A DNA stretch of 64,000 nucleotides from Candidatus Sulfomarinibacteraceae bacterium (GTDB lineage Bacteria > Acidobacteriota > Thermoanaerobaculia > Thermoanaerobaculales > Sulfomarinibacteraceae). Position numbers and translations under genes: made by a program. Where the stretch lies: positions 62,342 through 126,341 of the forward strand of contig CAWGLE010000004.1 in the NCBI GenBank assembly GCA_963823345.1, read 5' to 3'. The notes beneath the pieces were generated by a model, which was not told the origin of the DNA, did not search any database, and was given only the letters and a program-made list of their open reading frames with translations. Within the stretch, counting starts at the first letter, position 1. Each line of letters begins with the position of its first letter. Below are positions 43,687 through 55,288 of this stretch, piece by piece.

Positions 43687-44060
43687 TGGCTCGTGGAGGC
43701 GACGCGTTGAACGGCTTCGTCGATTCCGGGTGCACCATTCGCGGTGAACTCGAATTCAAGACCTATTTCCGCGTCGATGGGCGGATCGAGGGCAAGGTGC
43801 GCTCGCAGGCCGAGCTCGTGATCGGCGAGGGCGGGGTCGTGGAAGGGGAACTCGAGGTCGCCCGCTGCGTCATCGGCGGCGAGGTCCGGGGCACCATTCG
43901 TTCGACCGAGCAGGTGATGCTCCACGCCACCGCCAAGGTGTGGGCGGATATTCAGACGCCGGCCCTGGTCATGGAGGACGGTGCCTTCCTCGAGGGTGCC
44001 GTCACGATGGACGCCAAGGGTGTGAAAAAAACCACAACAAAGGCAGACGTTGCGTCTTGA
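43683..44060 (+). CDS. Bactofilin-family cytoskeletal protein
   Basis: 125 aa. Repetitive beta-helix pattern (TIRGELEFKTYFRVDGRIEGKVRSQAELVIGEGGVVEGELEVARCVIGGEVRGTIRSTEQVMLHATAKVWADIQTPALVMEDGAFLEG). Start overlaps the parB stop. Confidence 0.85.
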   Translation: MMARGGDALNGFVDSGCTIRGELEFKTYFRVDGRIEGKVRSQAELVIGEGGVVEGELEVARCVIGGEVRGTIRSTEQVMLHATAKVWADIQTPALVMEDGAFLEGAVTMDAKGVKKTTTKADVAS

Positions 44061-44144
44061 CCGTGCCGGGAGTATCTGTTAGCTTGAGCCGCCTCGTGTT
44101 GAACAGGTCGTGAACACGGGAGCGGAGCGAGCCGGGAGCGGCCC

Positions 44145-44576
44145 ATGTCCCCACCGAATGCATCGCTGATTCTCATCATGGTGTGCTTCTGGGTGACGTT
44201 GTGGCTCGTCCACCGTTATCTCATCCAGCCGGTCTCGGCGGTTCTCGCCGACCGCCGGCAGCGGATCGACGGTGCGAAGCGGGAATGGTCAGCGCGAAAC
44301 GAGGAATACCTCGCCGCTGTCGCCCGCATCGAGGAACAGCTTCAGAACGCCGCGCGGGACGCCGGGAAGAATCGAGCCGACGCCCGTCAGCGGGCCATGG
44401 ACGCCCGCCAGCGGGCGTTGGAAACGGCCCGCGCGCAGGCCGACGAACGACTCGCCGCCGTCGTCGAAAGCCTGGACAAGGATGCCGAAGCGGTGCGGGG
44501 TGAGCTCCGCCGCCGGGCCGAAGAGCTCGCGCGGCTGCTGGCCGGACGGTTGCTCGGGAGGGAGATGGCATCATGA
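44145..44576 (+). CDS. F-type ATP synthase Fo subunit b' (second b-type stalk subunit)
   Basis: 143 aa. One N-terminal TM helix followed by a long charged A/R/E/Q-rich helix. Directly precedes a second b-type gene. Confidence 0.75.
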   Translation: MSPPNASLILIMVCFWVTLWLVHRYLIQPVSAVLADRRQRIDGAKREWSARNEEYLAAVARIEEQLQNAARDAGKNRADARQRAMDARQRALETARAQADERLAAVVESLDKDAEAVRGELRRRAEELARLLAGRLLGREMAS

Positions 44577-45142
44577 GGTCGGTGGTGGGTTGGGGCCTGG
44601 TCTTCGTCTGCGCTCTGATCTTTGCCCTTCTGGTCGACAACGGCGCCAAGCACCTCGGCATCCCGGACTTCATCTGGCTGCCGGTCAACCTGACGCTGTT
44701 TCTGTACATCCTGCAACGCTACGTCGGGAAACCGATGTCGGCGTTCTTGGACGCCCGCCGCGAGGGCATCGCCGAGGAGCTCGCCAACGCGCGCACCCAA
44801 CTCGAGGACGCCGACCGTCTTCAGGCTGAAATGAAGAAGCGCCTGGCCGACATCGAAAAAGAGATCGCCGAGATCACCGCGCGCGCGGAGGTCGACGGCA
44901 AGGCCGAGGCACAACGGATTGCCGAGCAGACCGGCCTCGACGAGGAGCGGTTCCTCAAGCGGGTGGCGGACGAAATCAGCCGCCGCGAAACCGAAACCAG
45001 GGCCCGGCTGGCCCAGGACACCGCCGACCTCACCGCCCAGCTCGCCCGCGATCTCCTGAGCCGGGATATGACCGACGCGGACCGCCGCCGGGTCTTCGAC
45101 CGCAGCCTCGAAGCCATGCGGCACCTCGAAGGTGAGGACTGA
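44573..45142 (+). CDS. atpF: F-type ATP synthase Fo subunit b
   Basis: 189 aa. TM helix, then KPMSAFLDARREGIAEELANAR... coiled-coil typical of subunit b. ATGA overlap with the upstream gene. Confidence 0.8.
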   Translation: MRSVVGWGLVFVCALIFALLVDNGAKHLGIPDFIWLPVNLTLFLYILQRYVGKPMSAFLDARREGIAEELANARTQLEDADRLQAEMKKRLADIEKEIAEITARAEVDGKAEAQRIAEQTGLDEERFLKRVADEISRRETETRARLAQDTADLTAQLARDLLSRDMTDADRRRVFDRSLEAMRHLEGED

Positions 45143-45143
45143 G

Positions 45144-45695
45144 ATGGGCCGCTTCCGTGCGATCCCGTATGCCAAGGCCCTTTTGACGGTCGTCGAGAAA
45201 GACGAACCGCAGCGTTTGCAGCCGGTGGCCGACGAGCTCGATGCCGTCGCCACGGCCCTCGCCGCCGTCCCGGAGTTCGAGCGCGTGCTGGTGACGCCGA
45301 CGGTGGCTGCCGAGAAGAAAACCGAGATTCTGGACGCCGTGCTCACCGCCCTCGGCACCGGCCAGCCGACCCGCCGGTTCCTTCACGTCGTCCAGCAGCA
45401 CTACCGCATGCAGCACCTCCCGGACATCGCCGCGTCCTACCGGGAGCTGGTCGATCGAAAACTCGGTCGCGTCCGTGCCACGGTCGAAACCGCGTTTGGT
45501 CTCGACGAAACCGAGCGAAGTCAGCTGTTGAGCGTGGTGGCTGCGATCGAGGGCGCCGAAGTGGTCGCCGACTTTTCGGAGAAGCGGGAGCTCCTCGGGG
45601 GCTTCCGGTTGCAGGTGGGGTCGCGGGTCTTTGACGGCTCGCTCGCCGGTGAACTCAAACGTCTGAGCAAAGAGATTCAGGTCGAACAGGGGTAA
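45144..45695 (+). CDS. atpH: F-type ATP synthase subunit delta (OSCP)
   Basis: Start at ATG 45144 (MGRFRAIPYAKALL...). C-terminal LLGGFRLQVGSRVFDGSLAGELKRL is OSCP-like. Position lies between b and alpha. Confidence 0.85.
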   Translation: MGRFRAIPYAKALLTVVEKDEPQRLQPVADELDAVATALAAVPEFERVLVTPTVAAEKKTEILDAVLTALGTGQPTRRFLHVVQQHYRMQHLPDIAASYRELVDRKLGRVRATVETAFGLDETERSQLLSVVAAIEGAEVVADFSEKRELLGGFRLQVGSRVFDGSLAGELKRLSKEIQVEQG

Positions 45696-45698
45696 CAC

Positions 45699-49547
<3,849 letters not shown>

Positions 49548-49548
49548 G

Positions 49549-49956
49549 ATGGCAGAGATGTTGCGCCTCGAGGTTGTCACTCCGTCGCGCCGGGTGCTCG
49601 AAGCACGGGCGAGCGAGGTCCGGATCCCCGGCGCCCTCGGCGAGCTCGGCGTCCTGCCGGGCCACACTCCGCTTTTGACCTCGCTGGGGACCGGCGAGGT
49701 GAAATGGACCGCGGGTTCCGAGCACGGCCGGCTGGTTGTGCAGGGCGGTTTTGCGGAGGTCCAGCCCGACGCCGTGACGGTGCTCGCGATGGTGGCCGAA
49801 ACCGCCGACCAGATCGATCTCGAAACGGCCGAACTGGCCCACGCAGAAGCGCTCGATAGGCTCAAGACCGCATCCGCCGAGGAGTTCGACGAGCTGGATG
49901 CCGCACTCCGCCTGGCGGAGGCACGAAAACTCATCGCTTCCGGCGGCGGCCCCTGA
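49549..49956 (+). CDS. atpC: F-type ATP synthase subunit epsilon
   Basis: 135 aa. LEVVTPSRRVLE...IPGALGELGVLPGHTPLLTSL is the beta-sandwich start of epsilon. Helical C-terminus. Confidence 0.9.
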   Translation: MAEMLRLEVVTPSRRVLEARASEVRIPGALGELGVLPGHTPLLTSLGTGEVKWTAGSEHGRLVVQGGFAEVQPDAVTVLAMVAETADQIDLETAELAHAEALDRLKTASAEEFDELDAALRLAEARKLIASGGGP

Positions 49957-49990
49957 TCTCGAGAATGGGCCGCACAGGAAAAGAACCCGC

Positions 49991-51385
49991 CTATTGGTAC
50001 TCGGCGCCGAGGATCACGCTGACGATGATGGCGCCGACGGCGAGCGGCGCGGCGATCCGGATGAGAAAGCGCCACAGCGGGAACTCCCAACCGAGAGGGC
50101 CCGAGCCCTCCTCGAGCTCCTCTTTCGCCGCATCGCGGCCCAGGAACCAGCCGGTGAAGAGTGCGATCAAGAACCCGCCGACCGGCAGGAACCAGTTGCT
50201 GGCGAGATAGTCGAGAGTCCCGAAGACCCCCGCGGTCGAGGCGCGGCCGATGAAGTTGATGTTGGACAGGGTGGGGTTGCCTCCCAGGCTGACGGCGCTG
50301 AGAACGCCGAATACCAGAATTGCCGCACCCATGGTCAGCGTCGCTCGCTGGCGGCGCCAGCCGAGCTCGTCGATGGCGTAGCTCGCGACGACCTCGAGCA
50401 GGCTGATGGTGCTGGTCAGGGCGGCAAAAGCCACCAGCACGTAAAAGAGCGCGCTGACCGCCGCCCCGCCGGGCATCTGGAAGAACACCACCGGGAGGGT
50501 CGTGAACAAAATGGTCGAGCTCTTCGTCACCTCGAAGTCAAAGCTGAAGATGATCGAAAACATCACGATGCAGGCCATGATGGCGATCAGCGTGTCCATC
50601 GCGCAGATCGTCAGGGCGGCGCGCGGAATCGAGTCCCGCTTCTGCATGTAGCTGCCGTAGGTGAGCATGGCCCCCATCCCCAGGCTGAGAGTGAAGAAAC
50701 TGTGGCCGAGGGCCTCGAGGACACCGCCTGCGGTCAGTTCGCCGAAGTTCGGACGGAACAGAAAGCGCACCGCCTCATTGAACCCCGGGGTCCAGAACGA
50801 GTAAATCACCAACATCACCAGAATCGACACCAAGACCGGCATGAGGAACCTGGCGGCCCTCTCGATGCCGCGGCCGACGCCGAAATAGACGATGCCGATG
50901 GTCGCCCCCATGAAGAGGCAGTGAAAGGAGATCTGCTGCCACGGATTGCCGAGAAAATCGCCGAAGAACGACTGCAGCGCCGCGGGGTGATGGGCGAGGG
51001 CCCCGAGTTTACCCGACACCGCCATCACGATGTAGCGGATGGTCCAACCGGCGACGACGCTGTAGTACGAGAGGATGACAAACCCCGTCATGACCCCCAG
51101 GAAACCGACGGCTTGCCACCAACGCCCACCCGCCTTTCCCTGCGCCAGAACCCGGAACGCGCCGACCGGGTTCTTCTGGCTCCGCCGGCCGAGCAGGACC
51201 TCCGCCACCATGATCGGAATGCCGACCACGGCGATCGCCGCCAGATAGACCAGAACGAACGCGCCGCCGTTGTTTTCGTAGCAGATGTATGGGAACTTCC
51301 ACAGGTTGCCGAGGCCGATCGCGCTGCCGGAGGCCGCCAGAACGAAACCGAGGCGGCCGGTCCACTGCGAGCGTTCATTCGCCAT
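49991..51385 (-). CDS. Sodium-dependent transporter, neurotransmitter:sodium symporter (NSS/SNF) family
   Basis: Start at ATG 51385 (purine-rich GGGGGGGAAGAGG immediately upstream). RSQWTGRLGFVLAASGSAIGLGNLWKFPY is the NSS TM1 signature. Twelve-TM-like hydrophobicity. Confidence 0.9.
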   Translation of the reverse strand: MANERSQWTGRLGFVLAASGSAIGLGNLWKFPYICYENNGGAFVLVYLAAIAVVGIPIMVAEVLLGRRSQKNPVGAFRVLAQGKAGGRWWQAVGFLGVMTGFVILSYYSVVAGWTIRYIVMAVSGKLGALAHHPAALQSFFGDFLGNPWQQISFHCLFMGATIGIVYFGVGRGIERAARFLMPVLVSILVMLVIYSFWTPGFNEAVRFLFRPNFGELTAGGVLEALGHSFFTLSLGMGAMLTYGSYMQKRDSIPRAALTICAMDTLIAIMACIVMFSIIFSFDFEVTKSSTILFTTLPVVFFQMPGGAAVSALFYVLVAFAALTSTISLLEVVASYAIDELGWRRQRATLTMGAAILVFGVLSAVSLGGNPTLSNINFIGRASTAGVFGTLDYLASNWFLPVGGFLIALFTGWFLGRDAAKEELEEGSGPLGWEFPLWRFLIRIAAPLAVGAIIVSVILGAEYQ

Positions 51386-51551
51386 CCTCTTCCCCCCCAA
51401 AAAACCCTGTAGCAGACCCGGGCCGCCCGACCCTGCCGGGGTCGAACCGTGTCACCACGGAGCCAGCAGGCTAGCGAGACGACCGCCGGGGTGTCAAATC
51501 CCGATTTCAAGAAAGGTCGGCCGGCAACGACCCGGAACCCGAAGCTTGTTA

Positions 51552-51580
51552 TTGCCAACGGGCGACGCATCCGCTAGAAT
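51552..51580 (+). promoter_or_regulatory. Candidate promoter of tRNA-Pro
   Basis: TTGCCA (51552-57), a 17-nt spacer, then TAGAAT (51575-80), 10 nt before the mature tRNA 5' end. Confidence 0.5.
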
Positions 51581-51590
51581 CCCGTTCCCG

Positions 51591-51667
51591 CGGGGCGTAG
51601 CTCAGCCTGGTAGAGCGCACGGTTCGGGACCGTGAGGCCGGTGGTTCAAGTCCACTCGCCCCGACCA
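51591..51667 (+). tRNA. tRNA-Pro (anticodon CGG)
   Basis: Hand-folded cloverleaf. Acceptor CGGGGCG/CGCCCCG, D-arm GCTC..GAGC, anticodon stem CACGG/CCGTG with loop TTCGGGA, T-arm GGTGG TTCAAGT CCACT, and an encoded CCA. Confidence 0.93.
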
Positions 51668-51670
51668 TTT

Positions 51671-51722
51671 GCAATTTCACCCAGGGGGCGCTGCAAACAC
51701 AGCGTCCCCTGGGTGAAATTGC
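51671..51722 (+). terminator. 52-bp near-perfect palindrome (23-bp arms, 6-nt loop) immediately after tRNA-Pro; possible terminator and/or operator
   Basis: GCAATTTCACCCAGGGGGCGCTG CAAACA CAGCGTCCCCTGGGTGAAATTGC, with one G-T mismatch. No T-run follows. It ends 1 nt before the lexA -35 hexamer. Confidence 0.45.
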
Positions 51723-51723
51723 G

Positions 51724-51752
51724 TTGACTTACGCCTCATTTTCACCTATCGT
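51724..51752 (+). promoter_or_regulatory. Candidate sigma70-type promoter of lexA
   Basis: TTGACT (51724-29), a 17-nt spacer, then TATCGT (51747-52). This is the same -10 hexamer as the rpmH promoter. GGGGAG SD and ATG 51772 follow. Confidence 0.55.
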
Positions 51753-51771
51753 CGAGATGGGGAGTGCAGCG

Positions 51772-52377
51772 ATGACCTATCTCACCGAACGCCAACGCGA
51801 CGTCCTTCAGTTCATCGAAGACCGGATCGACCACGACGGCGTGGCGCCGACCCTCCAGGAGATCGCCGACGCCTTCGGTTTCCGGAGCACGGCGAGCGCG
51901 CAGAAGCACGTCGCACATCTCGAGCGGAAGGGCTTTCTCGAACGCCGCAAACACCAGAAGCGTGGTCTTGTTCTGGCCGCGACCGAGAGCGCCCCGTCCG
52001 CGGTCGACCTGCCTCTGTACGGCGCGGTCGCGGCGGGGTCGCCCATCGAATCACTGCCCGATGACGAACGCGTGTCGGTACCGGCGGATTTCCTGCGGTC
52101 GGGGGACCATTACGTGCTGGTGGTGCGCGGCGAGTCGATGATCGACGACGGGGTCCACGACGGCGATCTGGTGGTGGTGCAACGGACCCGCACCGCCGCC
52201 GACGGCGAGATGGTGGTGGCGCTGGTCTCCGGCGAGGTGACCCTCAAACGCATCTTCCGCGACAGCCCTTCGCGGGTGCGGCTGCAACCCGCGAACCCGG
52301 CGGTTCCGGTCATCCTCGCTCCCGCCGGCGAGGTCGAAATCCAGGGGCTTGTGGTCGGTCTCCTGCGACGGTACTGA
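51772..52377 (+). CDS. lexA: SOS-response repressor LexA
   Basis: Start at ATG 51772 (MTYLTERQRDVLQFI...). Winged-HTH PTLQEIADAFGFRSTASAQKHVAHLERKGFL, Ala-Gly cleavage site (VAAGSP), catalytic Ser (RGESMID) and Lys (TLKRIF). Confidence 0.93.
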   Translation: MTYLTERQRDVLQFIEDRIDHDGVAPTLQEIADAFGFRSTASAQKHVAHLERKGFLERRKHQKRGLVLAATESAPSAVDLPLYGAVAAGSPIESLPDDERVSVPADFLRSGDHYVLVVRGESMIDDGVHDGDLVVVQRTRTAADGEMVVALVSGEVTLKRIFRDSPSRVRLQPANPAVPVILAPAGEVEIQGLVVGLLRRY

Positions 52378-52387
52378 GGCCGGCGTC

Positions 52388-52416
52388 TTGACTCACCCGC
52401 GGATCTCGGCTAGCTT
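52388..52416 (+). promoter_or_regulatory. Candidate promoter placing the cutA start codon at or next to the transcription start (leaderless)
   Basis: TTGACT (52388-93), a 17-nt spacer, TAGCTT (52411-16), then only 6 nt (TCGGCC) before ATG 52423. No SD is present. Confidence 0.5.
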
Positions 52417-52422
52417 TCGGCC

Positions 52423-52791
52423 ATGACCGATCTCGAGAAGATCACCCTCGTCATGACCTCGGTTGGCACCGAGCAGCAGGCCGTGGAGATCTCGGAGGAG
52501 CTGATTGCCCGGCGTCTGGCGACCTGCATCAACATCGTCCCCTGTCTGCGATCGATCTACCGGTGGAAAGGCAAGGTGTGCGAGGACACCGAATATCTGC
52601 TGTTGATCAAGACCCCGGAGAAACTCTTCGATGCAGTCTCCGCGGCGATCCGCGAGTTCCACTCGTACGAGCTGCCGGAGATTCTCGCCCTTCCCGTTTC
52701 CGCTGCGGAATCCAATTTTCACCAGTGGGTGTTGCAGATGGTGGCACCCGGCGAACCCGGGAGCGACGACGACGCCCCCGACTACGATTGA
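52423..52791 (+). CDS. cutA: Divalent-cation tolerance protein CutA
   Basis: 122 aa. LATCINIVPCLRSIYRWKGKVCEDTEYLLLIKT...HSYELPEILALPV is the CutA1 signature. Confidence 0.88.
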   Translation: MTDLEKITLVMTSVGTEQQAVEISEELIARRLATCINIVPCLRSIYRWKGKVCEDTEYLLLIKTPEKLFDAVSAAIREFHSYELPEILALPVSAAESNFHQWVLQMVAPGEPGSDDDAPDYD

Positions 52792-52832
52792 CCGCGGCCG
52801 GGTCCGCCGACATTGCTATACTCTCCGCCCAG

Positions 52833-53279
52833 ATGACCGCCGACAAAACCCTGAGGGCCAACCTGGCTTTAGCGAGCAGGTTTGAAAACATCGAGGTCGC
52901 GGAACGCGCCCTGCTCGATCTCTGCCGCCGCGCCGGGTGGCCGACCGAAGAGGACTACTGGCTGATCACCGCCCTCCGCGAAGCGGTCGCCAACGCGGTG
53001 CGCCACGGCAATCGCCAGGATCCGAAGCGGCTGGTTCGCCTCGAGTACGTTGTTCACGATTCCACGGTCACGATCTCGGTCGAGGACGAAGGTCAGGGTT
53101 TCGACCCGGCAAAGATCCCCGACCCGACCGACCCCGAGAATTTATTGCGCCCGAGCGGCCGCGGTGTTTTTTACATGCGGCAGTTCATGAATCGCGTCGA
53201 ATTCAGCACCACCCCGAACGGCGGCACCGCCGTTCTGATGGAACGAAAACTGGACACAGCCGATGTCGACCACGACTGA
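52833..53279 (+). CDS. Anti-sigma-factor-type serine kinase (RsbW/SpoIIAB-like, HATPase_c)
   Basis: Start at ATG 52833. EAVANAVRHGN (N-box), VEDEGQGFD (G1), RPSGRGVFYMRQF (G2). About 148 aa, as is typical for this family. Confidence 0.8.
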   Translation: MTADKTLRANLALASRFENIEVAERALLDLCRRAGWPTEEDYWLITALREAVANAVRHGNRQDPKRLVRLEYVVHDSTVTISVEDEGQGFDPAKIPDPTDPENLLRPSGRGVFYMRQFMNRVEFSTTPNGGTAVLMERKLDTADVDHD

Positions 53280-53333
53280 CCCCGGGAGTCTCGATCGCGG
53301 CCCCCATCGGTACCGGCAACAAAGGAGAAGCGC

Positions 53334-53669
53334 ATGAAGGCTACCATCCGTGATCTCGGCAACATCCGCATCATCGAGCTTGGCGGCAAGATCACTATCG
53401 GCACGGGTGACGTGAAGATCCGCGAGCTCGTCAACCAGGCCCTCGAGGCCGGCAAGAAAGAGATCCTCTTCGACCTCGGCGACGTCAAGGCTATCGACTC
53501 GTCCGGAATCGGTGAGATGGTCGCGTGCTACACCACGGTCACAAAACGCGGCGGGCACCTCAAGCTCATGCACCTCTCGCCCAAGATCAACGACATCCTC
53601 CAGGTGACGCAGTTGATCACCGTCTTCGATGTCTTCGACGACGAGCGGGAGGCGCTCGGAAGCTTCTAA
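53334..53669 (+). CDS. STAS-domain anti-sigma-factor antagonist (RsbV/SpoIIAA-like)
   Basis: 111 aa. AAGGAG SD. FDLGDVKAIDSSGIGEMV carries the conserved phosphorylatable Ser context. LKLMHLSPKINDILQVTQL. Confidence 0.88.
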   Translation: MKATIRDLGNIRIIELGGKITIGTGDVKIRELVNQALEAGKKEILFDLGDVKAIDSSGIGEMVACYTTVTKRGGHLKLMHLSPKINDILQVTQLITVFDVFDDEREALGSF

Positions 53670-53675
53670 CCGCCG

Positions 53676-53706
53676 CTCCCGCGACCTCGGTCCGAGGTCG
53701 CGGGAG
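53676..53706. terminator. Perfect 15-bp-arm GC-rich inverted repeat between convergent genes (bidirectional terminator candidate)
   Basis: CTCCCGCGACCTCGG T CCGAGGTCGCGGGAG. Lies between the STAS gene stop (53669) and the anti-sigma gene stop (53714). No T-run. Confidence 0.5.
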
Positions 53707-53713
53707 TGGCCGG

Positions 53714-54742
53714 TCAAGGATCCGGTGGTCGTCGCGGTTCGACCACGACCTCTGCGGCGTATTCACCATCTGCGACGTTGTCGATTTCGAGACCCAGCAC
53801 CAGTTGAGTCGCCCGCACCTGGCGAGCCGGCGCGGGGGGGTTCGCGACCGGCCAGACGGCGCGGACCACACCGTCCTCGATTCTCACCCGCAGGGCGTAC
53901 CGCCCCGCTTCGCACGGGCCATCAGGCTCGAAGCTCCGCCACGCCGTCTCCGCCGCCATGAACACGAACAACTGGCCGTGCGCGACCGCAGCTTCGGAGG
54001 ACGACGAGGAGGCGCGACCGGTCGCTGTCCGGGTCTGCGGGAGCTTCGGGGCGACCGCTGCCTTGTCGGGGGGTGTCGTGGAGGATTCCTCGACGGCCCG
54101 GTCCTCCTCGTTCCCCTTGCCCTCGGCATCGCGTCTGCCGGAAATGAACGACGCGCCCGGATCCGGGCTCTCACGAGAGCCGCTTTCATTGGCGATCGCG
54201 GGGCTGTCGTCGAGGGGACCCAACACCTCGAGAGCCGGTGCCGGATCGAGCACCGTTTCGATCTCCGGGTCGGGGGCAGACAGCAACCGGTCCGCGGCGC
54301 CCACCGGACGAACCTCGTCCGAGGCGGATGCCGTCGGCAACGGCGCGAGGGTGAACCGTTCGGTCGGTTCGGCGGAACCACCCTTCAGGGCGCGTTCCTG
54401 CCGGGCGGTTCTCGTCGACCCCTCCTGGCGTCGCTGGACCTCGAGAACGACCGTGACGCCGAGGACGATCACAGCGGCGGCGGCGAGCCGGCGCACCCAC
54501 GGGCGATTGAGGGCGGTGTCCGGTCGGCCTGTGATCAAGGGGGCGACCAGGATGTCGAGCTTTTTCGGCGGGCAGTCACGATCCGCCAACGCATGCAGCG
54601 AGGAGCGGACGCGAACCAGGCTCTCGAGTTCGCGCCGCAGTTCGGTGTCCAGGGTGACGGCCGAAGCGATCTCCTCGGCCTCCGCCTGGGTGAGATCGCC
54701 GTCAATGAAACGACTGAGCCGTTCGGTCACCGAATCTTCCAT
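53714..54742 (-). CDS. Membrane-anchored anti-sigma factor (cognate to the upstream ECF sigma)
   Basis: Start at ATG 54742 (TAATG overlap with the sigma gene stop). N-terminal anti-sigma pattern RLSRFIDGDLTQAEAEEIASAV..DTELRRELESL, TM LAAAAVIVLGVTVVL, a low-complexity periplasmic region and a small C-terminal domain. Confidence 0.65.
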   Translation of the reverse strand: MEDSVTERLSRFIDGDLTQAEAEEIASAVTLDTELRRELESLVRVRSSLHALADRDCPPKKLDILVAPLITGRPDTALNRPWVRRLAAAAVIVLGVTVVLEVQRRQEGSTRTARQERALKGGSAEPTERFTLAPLPTASASDEVRPVGAADRLLSAPDPEIETVLDPAPALEVLGPLDDSPAIANESGSRESPDPGASFISGRRDAEGKGNEEDRAVEESSTTPPDKAAVAPKLPQTRTATGRASSSSSEAAVAHGQLFVFMAAETAWRSFEPDGPCEAGRYALRVRIEDGVVRAVWPVANPPAPARQVRATQLVLGLEIDNVADGEYAAEVVVEPRRPPDP

Positions 54743-55248
54743 TACCACCCCACCGCATCCCGCAGCAGAGAGCGCGCGCGCGCGATGCGCGACCGCACCG
54801 TGCCGATGGGTACGTCCAAAACCTTCGCGATCTCCTCGTAGCTCAGATCCTCTCCATCCCGCAACCACACCACGATCTGGTAGTGCTCAGGAAGCTCCCG
54901 TAACGCCGCCTCGACAAGATCGAACATCTCGGCGGCGGCCGCCCGGCGCTCGGGGTCGGGTTGCGGGTCCGTCGCCGTGTCCACGAGCTCCCGGCTGTCG
55001 TTCACTCCCTCCTTGACCATCAGCGGCTGGCGCCCCATCTTGCGGCGGTGCGCGCGGAGGTGGTTCCAGGCGATTTGAAAAACCCACGTGCTGAGCCGGG
55101 CCTCGCCCCGAAAGCCGGGAAGACCGCGCCACACCCGCAGGAACACGTCCTGGGTGGCGTCAAGCGCCTCCTCCTCGTTTTCAGTGAACCGTCTCGCGAG
55201 TCGCCACACCGGGCGGCGAAACCGCTCGTATACCTGATCGAAGTCCAC
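54742..55248 (-). CDS. ECF-type RNA polymerase sigma factor (sigma-70 group 4)
   Basis: 168 aa. Region 2 ALDATQDVFLRVWRGL..F.GEARLSTWVFQIAWNHLRAHRR. Region 4 LSYEEIAKVLDVPIGTVRSRIARAR. GTG start with a poor SD. Confidence 0.9.
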   Translation of the reverse strand: MDFDQVYERFRRPVWRLARRFTENEEEALDATQDVFLRVWRGLPGFRGEARLSTWVFQIAWNHLRAHRRKMGRQPLMVKEGVNDSRELVDTATDPQPDPERRAAAAEMFDLVEAALRELPEHYQIVVWLRDGEDLSYEEIAKVLDVPIGTVRSRIARARSLLRDAVGW

Positions 55249-55288
55249 GGCTCCAGTGTGCCATACCGCCGCCTCCCAGTGTGACGCC

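Noticed and set aside
51386-51470. T6-G7 run and small hairpins in the ~85-nt leader of the NSS transporter gene (possible attenuator/riboswitch). A TTGACA-18 nt-TAGCCT promoter lies further upstream on the minus strand.
   Set aside because: I could not draw a convincing terminator stem directly before the T-run, and the G-run is better explained as the SD. The leader is too short for, and unlike, the riboswitch classes I know.
55181-55264. 27-codon upstream ORF with a strong GGGAGG SD overlapping the ECF sigma start in another frame
   Set aside because: It is short and has no conservation evidence available. It is plausibly a chance ORF. It is mentioned only because the sigma gene's own SD is poor.
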